A stretch of DNA of 64,000 nucleotides from Candidatus Eiseniibacteriota bacterium (GTDB lineage Bacteria; Eisenbacteria; RBG-16-71-46; DASYSL01): assembly GCA_031431875.1 (NCBI GenBank), contig JANPEF010000106.1, positions 32,001 to 96,000 of the forward strand, written 5' to 3'. Every line of letters starts with the position of its first letter. The first letter of the stretch is position 1. The position numbers and the translations under genes are program-made. Positions 37,761-48,000 of the stretch are shown here, one piece after another. The notes beneath the pieces are model-generated. The model ran no database searches and was not told where the DNA came from. It was given only the letters and a program-made list of their open reading frames with translations.

Positions 37761-39260
37761 CTGAACACGACCCTCGTCGCCGCCCTCCTCGCCCTCGTGG
37801 CGGGGACGGCGGGGGACGCCCCGGCCGGGATCGATCCCGATCGAGAGCGGCCCCTGCCCTGGCGGAGCGAGGGTCGTTTGCTGTTCATCACCGACATCGT
37901 GGCCTCGCCCGGGCACGCTGGCGACGGGCGCTCCCGGCTCGACGTCGCGCTGCGCATCCCCGGCGACCAGCTCCGCTACGTCGATCGCGGCGACTCGATC
38001 GTTGCCGACCTGCGGCTCACCGTCGAGTTCCGCACCCGTTTCGGCCAGAAGGAGCTGGGCGAGTCGCGCACGCTGCGCGTCACGGCCCCGCCACGCGCGC
38101 CGAGCGGCTATAGCCCCGGGCACCTGCTCGTCCAGACGTTCGCCGTCCCGCCGGGACAGCACCAGCTGGTCGTGAAGCTCGAGGACCTGCAGAAGAACAA
38201 GACCGGCCTCGCCTACGTCGGGCGCAGGGTCCCGGAGAAGGGCTCGGCCGAGGGCCTGGTCCGCATCCCCACGTACCCCGCCGATTCGCTGGCCCTGGGC
38301 ACGCCCATGCTCGCCTGGCCGGCTGCCGCGCTTGACAGCGCCGATACGCGCGGCGCGCGCTCGTTCCGGCGCACGCCGGGCGGCGCGCCCGTCCTGCCCG
38401 ATCCCGATCGCACCTACGGCCTGTACGCGCCGGTCGCGCGCGCCTACTTCGAGGTGCGGCCGGCGCGAGAGGCGATGGGCCCGGCGACGGTGGTCGCCCG
38501 CGTGCGCACGACCGAGGGGCGACTGCTGGCCATCGTCGATTCCGCCGTCGTCGACGAGCAGGAACCGTGGTCCGGGCGCTTCGGCTTCGACGTCTCGACG
38601 CTGCCGGCCGGCGCCTACGACCTCGAGGTCACGGTGGCGCAGGGCGCAGCCACCGCGCGGTCCATGAACCGCTTCAACGTCGCGTGGCGGCCCGAGTCGT
38701 GGGAGCGCGATCCGCGCGAGTTCCTCGAGGAGGCGCACTTCCTGCTCGACGATGCCGACCTCGAGGAGCGCTACGCCGAGTTCACCGCCGGCGAGCAGGA
38801 GGCCTACCTCGACCGCTACTGGCGGGACCGCGACCCGACGCCGCTGTCGGCGCAGAACGAGGAGCGCGACAAGTTCTACGACCGTGTGCGCTACGCCAAC
38901 GACCACTTCGGGCTCCAGGGCGTGGTCAAGGGCATGCTGTCGGACCGCGGGCGCATCTACGTGCGCTTCGGCGAGCCGGACGAGATCCGCCAGCAGGTCA
39001 TGCCCGTCGGCGGTGCCACCGTGCAGCAGGTGGCACGCGAGATCGCCGTCGTCGACGACGATCCCTCCGCGGTCCAGCTCCGCAAGCCGCTGTCGATCGG
39101 CACCGACGAGCGGCCGTTCGAGGTGTGGACCTACATCCGCGTCCTCGAATCCCAGCAGGAGCGCGTGCAGGGTGGCTCGCAGCGTCGCATGCAGCGCAAG
39201 TTCGTCTTCGTCGACGAGCAGGGCTACGGAAACTACACGCTGGGCTATTCGAGCGAGTGA
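37761..39260 (+). CDS. GWxTD-domain protein (probable CTG start; first GTG at 37797)
   Basis: YWRDRDPTP...NE...RVRYANDHF...GMLSDRGRIYVRFGEPDEI...EVWTY; signal-like NTTLVAALLALVAG lies upstream of the GTG. Confidence 0.82.
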   Translation: MNTTLVAALLALVAGTAGDAPAGIDPDRERPLPWRSEGRLLFITDIVASPGHAGDGRSRLDVALRIPGDQLRYVDRGDSIVADLRLTVEFRTRFGQKELGESRTLRVTAPPRAPSGYSPGHLLVQTFAVPPGQHQLVVKLEDLQKNKTGLAYVGRRVPEKGSAEGLVRIPTYPADSLALGTPMLAWPAAALDSADTRGARSFRRTPGGAPVLPDPDRTYGLYAPVARAYFEVRPAREAMGPATVVARVRTTEGRLLAIVDSAVVDEQEPWSGRFGFDVSTLPAGAYDLEVTVAQGAATARSMNRFNVAWRPESWERDPREFLEEAHFLLDDADLEERYAEFTAGEQEAYLDRYWRDRDPTPLSAQNEERDKFYDRVRYANDHFGLQGVVKGMLSDRGRIYVRFGEPDEIRQQVMPVGGATVQQVAREIAVVDDDPSAVQLRKPLSIGTDERPFEVWTYIRVLESQQERVQGGSQRRMQRKFVFVDEQGYGNYTLGYSSE

Positions 39261-39655
39261 TCGAGCCTCCCCGGCGGCGACGGCCGCACGAGTCCCGCTG
39301 AATGGCCCTCGACTTGTCACGGCTTTACGGGGAGCTATCTGTGGCTGTGGACGAACCGGACTCCCCACGGGGTCCGGTTGAGGCACGAAGTAGGTGACCT
39401 CGACGGACAGCCGCCTGTGCACGCGCACCTCATTCACCATCCGGTGGAGGACTCCAGCCACGGGCCGCGAGTGTGCCCTCCTTGCGTCTGCGGCGGTTGG
39501 GATCGAGTTGTATCGTGTACAATGCGTGGGTGTCACGCTTGGGGGTGGAGCTTGTCAGTAGCATAGGGCTTCGCTGTACGACCGGGAGGACCCACACTCG
39601 TCCCCACAATCGTTCCTAGCGCACGAACGTCGTTCCACTCGCGCACTAAAACAAA

Positions 39656-41021
39656 GGGGCTTCCGGGTTTGGTGTGGCCCGATTCATTGGCCGCGCCTGA
39701 CGCTGGCCGGGTAGAGATCGAGCCCACCGCAGTGGAAGAAGATCGCCTGGCGGAAGCGCTCCCGATTGCGGAAGCCGCATGAGCGCGCCTTCACCCGCTG
39801 GATCTTTGCGTTCATCGACTCCGAGCCGGCATTGGTGATGCGATGCACGAAGTAGTTCCGCACGTGATGCCAGTGGCGGCGAAGCATGCGTGCGACGCGC
39901 TTGATCGGCTCGAGCTTGCTCCGCATCGCAAGGAAGAGCCACGCCTTGAAGTTGCGCTCGGCGGCCCACGGTGCGCTCAGGTCGAAGATCTTCATCGCCA
40001 TCTCCTTGAGCCCCCAGGCCCGGCCCAGTCGCTCGACCTGGCGTCTCAGTCCCGTCAGCACGCACTTCTCCAGGTGGCTCAGCGATCCGGGATGCCGGAG
40101 CCAGTCGTACTTCGTGCCCCCGAGCGGCGAGAACCCCTCGGCGTGCAGCCGCCGGTGCTCGCTGCGGCGCACCTGATCGACCGCGTCGTTCAGGTACTTC
40201 GCGAGGTGGAACTTGTCGAACACGATCTTCGAGTCGGCGTCGGGCAGGTGCTCGAGCGTCGACTGGATGTAGGGACCCCACATGTCCATGGCGACACCCT
40301 CGATCATGTTGATCTGCGTCGGCGACAGCCCCTTCCAGAACGCATCCAGGCTCTCGCGCCTGCGGTCGTCGGCGACGTCGAGCACGATGCCGCGCTCGAG
40401 ATCGCTGACCACCGTGACATACTCGTGCCGCTTCTGGTACGCCGTCTCATCGATGCCCACATACCGCGGAGCCACCGCGTCGCGGCGAGCCCGGCCACGC
40501 TTGACGGCGCGACCGAGGATCCCGTCGGCTTCGTCCCACGAGATCCTGAGGTGCTTCGCCACCGCACTCACGCTCGCCTGCTTCAGCCAGTCGATGGCCA
40601 GCGCCTCGAACAGCGCAGTGAACTGCGAGCCCGGCTCCGCCCACGGCACCGTGAGCTGCCGGATCCCGTGCGTCGGGCAGTTCAGCCGCGGCACGCGCGC
40701 ATGCACGATGGTCCGAAACTGACAGGTGTCCAGGTGTCGCCAGCTCCGCTCCTGATGGTCGTGAATCGGAGCCGCTGAATGACACTCCGGGCAGACCCAG
40801 CGCACCTGCTTCGGCAGCGCCACCCAGACCTCGACTTCCCCGGCGCTCAGGTTCGTCTCAACGCGCTCCACGATCCACGGGCTGCTCAGTCCCAGCACGG
40901 CGGCATACAGGCTCTTGATCTCGCTCAGGCTCGTCCTCCCGGTGAAGGTCCGAGCCCCAGCCTATCAACCCGCTACGCCGCTCGCGTCGCCGATTTCACC
41001 CACACCAGAGCCGGAAGCCCC
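39656..41021 (-). mobile_element. ISL3-family insertion sequence, complete (1366 bp)
   Basis: IRs GGGGCTTCCGG(G/C)T(T/C)TGGTGTGG at both ends; 8-bp direct repeat AAAACAAA at 39648-39655 and 41022-41029. Confidence 0.93.
39684..40928 (-). CDS. ISL3 transposase (probable CTG start at 40928; GTG at 40898)
   Basis: CPEC/CPTH zinc finger, WRHLD, GIDE, AMDM, FDKFH, TNAGSESMN. Confidence 0.93.
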   Translation of the reverse strand: MSEIKSLYAAVLGLSSPWIVERVETNLSAGEVEVWVALPKQVRWVCPECHSAAPIHDHQERSWRHLDTCQFRTIVHARVPRLNCPTHGIRQLTVPWAEPGSQFTALFEALAIDWLKQASVSAVAKHLRISWDEADGILGRAVKRGRARRDAVAPRYVGIDETAYQKRHEYVTVVSDLERGIVLDVADDRRRESLDAFWKGLSPTQINMIEGVAMDMWGPYIQSTLEHLPDADSKIVFDKFHLAKYLNDAVDQVRRSEHRRLHAEGFSPLGGTKYDWLRHPGSLSHLEKCVLTGLRRQVERLGRAWGLKEMAMKIFDLSAPWAAERNFKAWLFLAMRSKLEPIKRVARMLRRHWHHVRNYFVHRITNAGSESMNAKIQRVKARSCGFRNRERFRQAIFFHCGGLDLYPASVRRGQ

Positions 41022-41126
41022 AAAACAAATAGCAAGGTCGCCGTCTGCCTGGAGGAAGAGAGTTGGCGCCACGCGCGCTGTGTAGTGTAGTCGTCGCCCA
41101 GGACTGGGGTGGAATGAATTCCAGAT

Positions 41127-42047
41127 GGCTCTTCCGGCTCTGGTGTCGGCCGATTCATTGGCCGCACCTGACGCCGGCCGGGTAGAGATCGAGCCCGCCG
41201 CAGTGGAAGAAGATCACGCGGCGGAGCCGCTCGCGATTGCGGAACCCGCGGGCGCGCCCCTTGAGCTGCTGGATCTTCGTGTTCATGGCCTCTGACCCGG
41301 CGTTGGTGATGCGATGCACGAAGTAGTTCCGGAGCTGGCCCCAGTGCTTTCGCAGCATGCGCGCCACGCGCTTGATCGGCTCGAGCTTGCTTCTCATCGC
41401 GCCGATCAGCCAGGTCTCGAAGTTGCGATCGGCGGCCCACGGCGCGGTGAGATCGAAGATCTTCATCGCCATCTCATTGAGCGCCCAGGCACGACCCAGG
41501 CGCCGGACGTGGCCCCGAAGCTCCGCCAGCGCGCATTTCTCCGCGTGAGTCAGCGTCCCGGGATGGCGCAGCCAGTCGTACTTCGTCCGCGCCAGCGACG
41601 AGTCGCCCTCGGCCAGGAGCCGCCGGTGCTCGCTCCTACGCACGCGATCGACGGCGTCGTTCAAGTGCTGGGCGACATGGAACTTGTCGAACACGATCTT
41701 CGACTCGGCGTCCGGCAGGTGCTCGAACGTCGAGTGGATGTAGGGGCCCCACATGTCCATCGCGACGGCCTCGACGTTTGCGATCTGGGACGGCGAGAGC
41801 TTCTGCCAGAACGCATCCAGACTCTCGATCCTGCGGTCGTCGGCGACGTCGAGCACGATGCCGCGCTCGAGATCACTCACCACGGTGACGTACTCGTGAC
41901 GCTTCTGGAACGCCGTCTCATCGATCCCCACGTAGCGCGGAGCCACGACATCCCGCCTCGCCAGACCGCGGCGAACGGCCCGGGCCAGGATTCCGTCCGC
42001 CTCGTCCCACGAGATCCGCAGGTGCTTCGCCACCGCGCTCACGCTCG
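41127..42047 (-). pseudogene. Second, diverged ISL3 copy, 5'-truncated (one IR, transposase C-terminal two-thirds, stop at 41155)
   Basis: GGCTCTTCCGGCTCTGGTGT IR at 41127; similarity to first transposase stops at SVSAVAKHL (~42047); no zinc finger or second IR. Confidence 0.88.
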
Positions 42048-42049
42048 GC

Positions 42050-42193
42050 TTCCAGCAGGAAGGGCCGTACCTCCTCGTCGCAGGGGAGTACATCGGGACG
42101 AGTGCCCGAGTTGTGGATCTGCGAACGGGGGAGATCCTGTTACGCGCACCACATGAGGCACGGTGGAGCGTGTGGGTTCCGTGGCCCAGGTGA
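42050..42193 (+). pseudogene. 3' remnant of a gene cut at the IS junction
   Basis: Frame reads FQQEGPYLLVAGEYIGTSARVVDLRTGEILLRAPHEARWSVWVPWPR*, beta-propeller-like, no start. Confidence 0.4.
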
Positions 42194-42607
42194 GGCCAAG
42201 GGCCGCGCTCGACGACTCTTCTCGCGCTCGCGCGTGAGGCGTGCGCAATCGGGGTTGCTTCCGGCCCTTCTTCCGCGTGCTCACCCCAACACTTCCCCCG
42301 TCGCAATTGCCGCAGCGGATGAGGCCGGTGTGGAAGCGCGCGCTTCCGACCCGGCCGTGGCGTGGAGCGACGGGGGCGAGACCGAGCGGCCGCGTGCATG
42401 GCACGATCGAGCGGTCCGCGAAGCGCAGGCGGTCGCAGCCTTCGCCATTGTCTGGCTAAGTTCTGGCTCCGGCCGGAGAAACTGCAAAGTCCTTGACAAG
42501 CGAGGCGAATATGGCAAAGCTAGTAGGTCCGAGAAAAGCGCGCGCCCTTCGCGACTCATGCGACGGGCACTTCCGGCCTTGACGCACGACCGAAGGGCCA
42601 TCTTGCC

Positions 42608-45016
42608 ATGCGGTTGCACGTGTGCCTCCCGAATCCTCATTTCATCCGCACCGTGCTCGTGGGGCCCTTGTCGGCTCTCCTCGGCTTTCTCATACAGCCG
42701 CCTACTGTTCAGTCCGGGGAGGCCTCGCTCGAATTCGCCGTCAGTACGCGAAGCCCAAGCGAGAACGGGCCCAAGATCGTGCTCGCAGACAATCGGCAGG
42801 TTGCCATGTGGTCGGTGAGCACTTCGCGTGTCCGGGTCGATTGGGCGGAATCCCTCGACGATGGGGCAAGCTGGCGAATCGGGGCAAAGCTCCCACTGCG
42901 GGACCCCGTCAGCCATGGCATCAATGGACTCCCGGCGCTATGCGGTACCGCGTCGGGCACCGGCTATGCGGCGGTGTTCTATATCGGAGAGGGCTTCCAG
43001 GAGACTCTGGCGATCTATCGAGGGGATCCCGCCGGCGATTCCCTGGTGTGGTCGGGTCCGACCTACGCCGTGCCGCTGACCCCTCAAGTCGTGGAGGCGA
43101 GGAACTACGACGCTCCCGACCTGCGCTGGAATTCGACCTCGGGCACGCTCTATCTCGCCTTTGCGCGCGTTGACGGACCGAGCTCGGAAAGCACGATCCA
43201 ATTTGTCCGCTCGACCGACGGCGGCGCCACCTGGAGCGCGCCGCTCTCCTTGAGCACGAGCGAGTGCAATGGGCCACGCCTGGCGATCGGCCCCGACGGC
43301 GAGTTCTACGTGGTCTGGAACGACCTGCGGCAGCAGAAGATCCTGGGACGGCGCTCCACCGATGACGGGCTCAGCTTCGGCAGCACCTTCGTTTGCGGCT
43401 CGATCGAGGACAACCGCGGCGCCGCTCCGCCCGGGTACGTCGAGAATACGCAGCGGATCTATCAGGTCGCATTTCCTGCGATCGACGTGGATCAGACGAC
43501 CGGCGTCACCCGCGGACGGGTCTACGTCGCCTGGCCCGAGCGCGCGAGCGGTACGGTGACGGGCACCTTCCGGGGCGAGTTCGAGTGGGAGCCCAACGGG
43601 AACCTCTCGACGGCGACGCCGATTGTCTTCGGAACCGAAGCCTCCGGGATCGCGAACTCCTCGGACTCCGCGCCCTTCGAGCTCGATTACGACGTCTTCA
43701 GCTTCGAGGGCGAGGCCGGAACGATCGTCTGGATCGACGGCCGAGTCACAAGTACCGCGCCCTTGAGCAAGAGTCTGGAATGGGTAAGCTACGAAGTCCT
43801 CTGCGGGGAGGACACGCTGCAGACCGTGCAGCTGGCCAGGGGCAGGTGGGGCGACGTGCGTGCGGACTCGGCGACGGCGAGCCGCGACAACCAGCCCGCC
43901 GTGTTCACCCTGCCGAGGAGCGGGACCTACTACATCCGGACGCTGACCGCGGGCGGGCAGTACTCCCTCTTCTACCGCTTCTCGCTCGTGACCTTGCTGC
44001 CGGATCCTTCGTCCGTGGCCCGCGACAGCCGCGACATCGTTCTCGTCAGCTCCCCGGATGGGGGAGTCACCTGGCAGAACAAGATCCGGGTGAATGACGA
44101 TCCGTCCCTCTATGACAACGCACTGCCCGCGGTCGCGGTGGACCGCTCCGGGGCGGTGCACGTGGCCTGGTATGGCCGTCGCGACGACCCCGTCTGCGGC
44201 TTCTTCGCCGACACGTATCTCTCGCGCATGGAACCCGGGGGCCAGTTCCTCGCGGCCCAGCGGCTGAGCACGACATCGAGCAACTGGCGGCGCACGACCC
44301 AGGTCTCGAACATCGGCGACGGGTTGACCCTGCTGGCGGGGACGGCGTCCCTGTACTGCCTGTGGACCGACTTCCGAGGCGCAACGACCGATATCTATGG
44401 AGCGAAGCTGGTCACCGACGGGCCCACGGAGGCCCGCTCCTTCCTCCAGGCCGAGCGCCTTCAGACCGGAGTTCGACTGACCTGGCGCTTCGCCGGGCAA
44501 GCCGATCCGGACCCTCTCGTCCACTGCCGGCCACACCGGGCAGTTGCAGGCTCGGAGGAGTTCGTGCCTCTCCTCGCGGAGCCCTTGTCGCTCGAGCGGG
44601 AGGCCACTCAGTGGGACGATCCGTCGGCGCTGCTCGACTCGAGCTATGACTACAAGCTCGAACTCTTTCGCGCCTCCGGTCATGCCGAGTGGAGCGAGAT
44701 CGTGACGATCGAGGCGGAACTTCGTCCCCCTTTGCTCTCCTGGATGTCGGTGGCGCCGAATCCCCTTCGCGGGCCCGTCGAGGCCGTGCTCGTCACCTCG
44801 AGGACCGGCGAAGGACGAGTCGACGTCTATGACGTCCGGGGGGTTCGCGTCGCGACTCTGCACCACGGCCGAGTGCCCGCGGGTCGGCTGACGCTCTCGT
44901 GGAACGGCCAAGGCGCCCAGGGTCGTGTTTCCGCGGGGATCTACTTCCTGCACGCTCAACTCGGCTCCGAGACTGCCACAGCAAAACTCCACCAGCTCGA
45001 CACCACGGCGCGGTAG
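42608..45016 (+). CDS. BNR/Asp-box (sialidase-like) propeller with inserted PPC-like domain, FN3-like domain and FlgD-Ig CTD
   Basis: SLDDGASW, STDGGATW, STDDGLSF, SPDGGVTW; EWEPNG...DYDVFSF...GTYYIR; APNP...VYDVRG...WNG...SAGIYFL. Confidence 0.8.
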   Translation: MRLHVCLPNPHFIRTVLVGPLSALLGFLIQPPTVQSGEASLEFAVSTRSPSENGPKIVLADNRQVAMWSVSTSRVRVDWAESLDDGASWRIGAKLPLRDPVSHGINGLPALCGTASGTGYAAVFYIGEGFQETLAIYRGDPAGDSLVWSGPTYAVPLTPQVVEARNYDAPDLRWNSTSGTLYLAFARVDGPSSESTIQFVRSTDGGATWSAPLSLSTSECNGPRLAIGPDGEFYVVWNDLRQQKILGRRSTDDGLSFGSTFVCGSIEDNRGAAPPGYVENTQRIYQVAFPAIDVDQTTGVTRGRVYVAWPERASGTVTGTFRGEFEWEPNGNLSTATPIVFGTEASGIANSSDSAPFELDYDVFSFEGEAGTIVWIDGRVTSTAPLSKSLEWVSYEVLCGEDTLQTVQLARGRWGDVRADSATASRDNQPAVFTLPRSGTYYIRTLTAGGQYSLFYRFSLVTLLPDPSSVARDSRDIVLVSSPDGGVTWQNKIRVNDDPSLYDNALPAVAVDRSGAVHVAWYGRRDDPVCGFFADTYLSRMEPGGQFLAAQRLSTTSSNWRRTTQVSNIGDGLTLLAGTASLYCLWTDFRGATTDIYGAKLVTDGPTEARSFLQAERLQTGVRLTWRFAGQADPDPLVHCRPHRAVAGSEEFVPLLAEPLSLEREATQWDDPSALLDSSYDYKLELFRASGHAEWSEIVTIEAELRPPLLSWMSVAPNPLRGPVEAVLVTSRTGEGRVDVYDVRGVRVATLHHGRVPAGRLTLSWNGQGAQGRVSAGIYFLHAQLGSETATAKLHQLDTTAR

Positions 45017-45055
45017 ACAAGGAAGTCGAACCTCACAGCTACTCACGGAGGCGTC

Positions 45056-48000
45056 ATGCGCCGGTTGACTGGTGGTTCGTCCGCTGCGGCGGCAGTGGTC
45101 GTGCTTTGCGGCATCCTGGCTGCGAGTCGGGACAGCTTCGCGTCGCTTCAGGACACGGGACGGTGGGAGACAAGCGCCATCGAGCTTGGAGCCCAGGCGA
45201 CGCACATGTGCATGCTCCGAGGCGATGGCGACAGTACGAAGATTGCCTACTGGCACAGTGGACAAGTCGACGCGCGGATGTGGGACCCGTCGGATGCCAG
45301 TTCTGCGCGACGCTTCCCATCGCCCAATCCAATCTTTTGTGCCGGACACTCGATGCTCTCCGATGGTCGACTCCTCGTGACCGGAGGGACGGAAGGGAAC
45401 GTTGGCTCCATTGGGCTCCGGCCCAGCACTCTCTTCAATCCACGCCGATCGCAATGGGCCGGACAGGGGCCCTGGCGAAGTGGTCCCTCCGCGACCCACG
45501 GCCGCTGGTATCCGACCAACGTCACACTGGGAAACGGCAAGGTGTGGACCTTCTCGGGAAACAAATATAGCCAGCTCATCGCATATGGCGGTCACGACGG
45601 GACGAGCACGCTGTCCGCCGTGAAGCCGCTCACCATGACCACGACACCAGCCTGGAAGAGCGAAGTGTCCGGAATGCCCGCGCGGACGAACCACTCCGCC
45701 ATCCAATGGCATGACAAGCAGCGCACGATCGTATTTGGTGGCCGATCCGGAACAACGCTCTACGACGAGATCTGGGAACTGCAGTACTTGCGATACGATG
45801 ATCAGAGCGAGGACCTCTGGTCCGCGCAGAAGCTCTCACCAGGCTACGACCCGGCACTTGGCTCCACGTTGGGCTATCCGTCTGCACGCGAGAATCACGG
45901 CGCCATCGTGGACCCTGCGACTGCAGCCATGTTCATCTATGGCGGGCGAAACGCATCGGGCACCGCTCTTTCCGACCTGTGGATGCTGGACCTCGATGCA
46001 ATCTCCCTGCAGTGGAAGCGGGTGTCGGACGCTGCCGACCCCGGAGCGCGCTATGGCCATAGCTGCGTGTACGATCGGGGAGCGACGGACGCTGGTCGCC
46101 AGATGCTTGTCTTCGGTGGCGCGACGAGCAGCACCCAGCTCGCCACGACGTCGGTCTGGGCTCTCTCTCTGGAGGGTTCAACGTATAGCTGGAGCACTCC
46201 CACTCTGCAGGTGGGAAGCCCTGTTCCGGACGCGCGGTACGGTCACGCGGCGTCGTTTGACGGCATCACTCGGCCACATGGCCAGCCGGCAAAGAACGCA
46301 AGGCGCATGCTGCTCGTGGGTGGGCGGCAAGACGAAAGCAGCGTCATCGAAAGCGATGCTATCTGGAACTTGTGGATTCCTCAAGACGGCTCGGCTCCCT
46401 ACTGGCAAAGCGTGATCCCGGCTACCCCGCGTCCGGAGCGTCGTGCAAATGCTGCGCTCGCATTCGACGGGGCGAGCGGCCAGTTCGTGCTCACGGGCGG
46501 CGAACGGCCTTCAACCATCTACGGAAATACCTGGGCCCTTCGGCGCCTCAGTCCCTGCGACGGGAGCGCCCTGTGTGACATTGATCCTTACTGGATCGAA
46601 GTGGCGACTTCGAGCGGACCAAGACCGCGGAAGGGGGCCACAGCCGTAGTCGATGCGACTGGCGTCTTCGCGCGAATTCCCGAAGAGTTTAGCTCCAGCG
46701 GCAGCGGAAGTTGGACCGAACTCGCCACAGGGTTTCCCAAGTGGCAGCTCTTGTATCCGTTCATGCACCTCCTGCCCAGCGGATACCTGTTTGAATCCGG
46801 ACCAACCAACCCACAGCTGCTCAACCCGCAGTCGGGATGGATTGCCACGGAATATGACGCAGGCTTCATCGGTGGTTCGAGCGTGATGTATGCGCCTAAC
46901 AAGGTGATGAAGTGCGGTGGCCCGCTCTCCGCCTCAAGTAAGCTGGCGATTCCCGTGACGAAGTACATTGAGTTCAATGGTAGTCCGCCTTCCGGCGGGT
47001 GGCAGTCAGCAGCCATTATGACATTTGCGAGACAGGATCACAACTTGACAATGCTACCCGATGGAAGGGTGCTCGCGACGGGAGGTGTCGGCACGAACGG
47101 TGATATTAATACGGCCGTAAAGATCCCCGAAATCTGGGACCCCGCTTCTCATCTCTGGGAGAACGACTTCGAGCTGCCGGAAGACCCATCGGCCCGTGGA
47201 TACCACGCCGTCGCCATACTGCTGCCAGATGCGCGAGTCATGACCGCAGGTGGTGATGGCGTTGGGGCCTACCAGCTCAAGGGAACGATTTACTCCCCTG
47301 GCTATCTGTTCAGCGGGGAAGATCTGGCTGTGCGACCGGCCATTACGCGCGCGCCTTCCGTCATGGGCTATGGGCATCAACGCATGGTTTGCGTCGACAA
47401 CGTGGGGGCTATTGGTAGTGTGTGCCTGATTCGTCCCGGCGCGGTCACCCACTCGTTCGACCAGAGTCAGCGTTATGTGCCTCTCTCGTTCAGCACGTGT
47501 TCGAGTGGGCTTCTGGTGACGACGCCAGCCGACGAGAACGCCGCTCCTCCGGGTGACTATCTGCTCTTTGTCCTCAATACGGCCGGCGTACCCTCAGTCG
47601 CCAAGTGGGTCCGCGTGCAGAGTGATGCTACAACGGAAGGTTGCGACAACACGGCGCCCGCGGCGGCGGGGAGCTTCACGGCCGATCCACAGACAGGCCG
47701 CTATTCGGTGAAGCTGACCTGGACCGGGCCCGGCGACGATGGTACCTCGGGCACTCCGGTGGAGTTCGATTTGAGGCAATCAACGGCGGCCATTACGGAA
47801 TCGAACTTCGGCCTTGCCAACCGCATCACGGCGAATGTGCCCATTCCTGGATCGGGTCAGACGCAGTACTGCATGGAAGTGGACTACCTCGCCCCCTGTC
47901 AGACGCACTACTTCCGGCTCAAGGCAATGGATGATGGGTGCAATTGGAGCCCGCTGAGTGCCGTCGCCTCCGCCACGACCACCTGCTCCGGGTATACCGC

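Noticed and set aside
39354..39379. Hairpin AACCGGACTCC-CCAC-GGGGTCCGGTT at the island's left edge
   Set aside because: No U-tract or second copy; function not supportable
39656..42047. Composite transposon from the two ISL3 copies
   Set aside because: The first copy has its own TSD; the copies are diverged, adjacent and do not flank cargo
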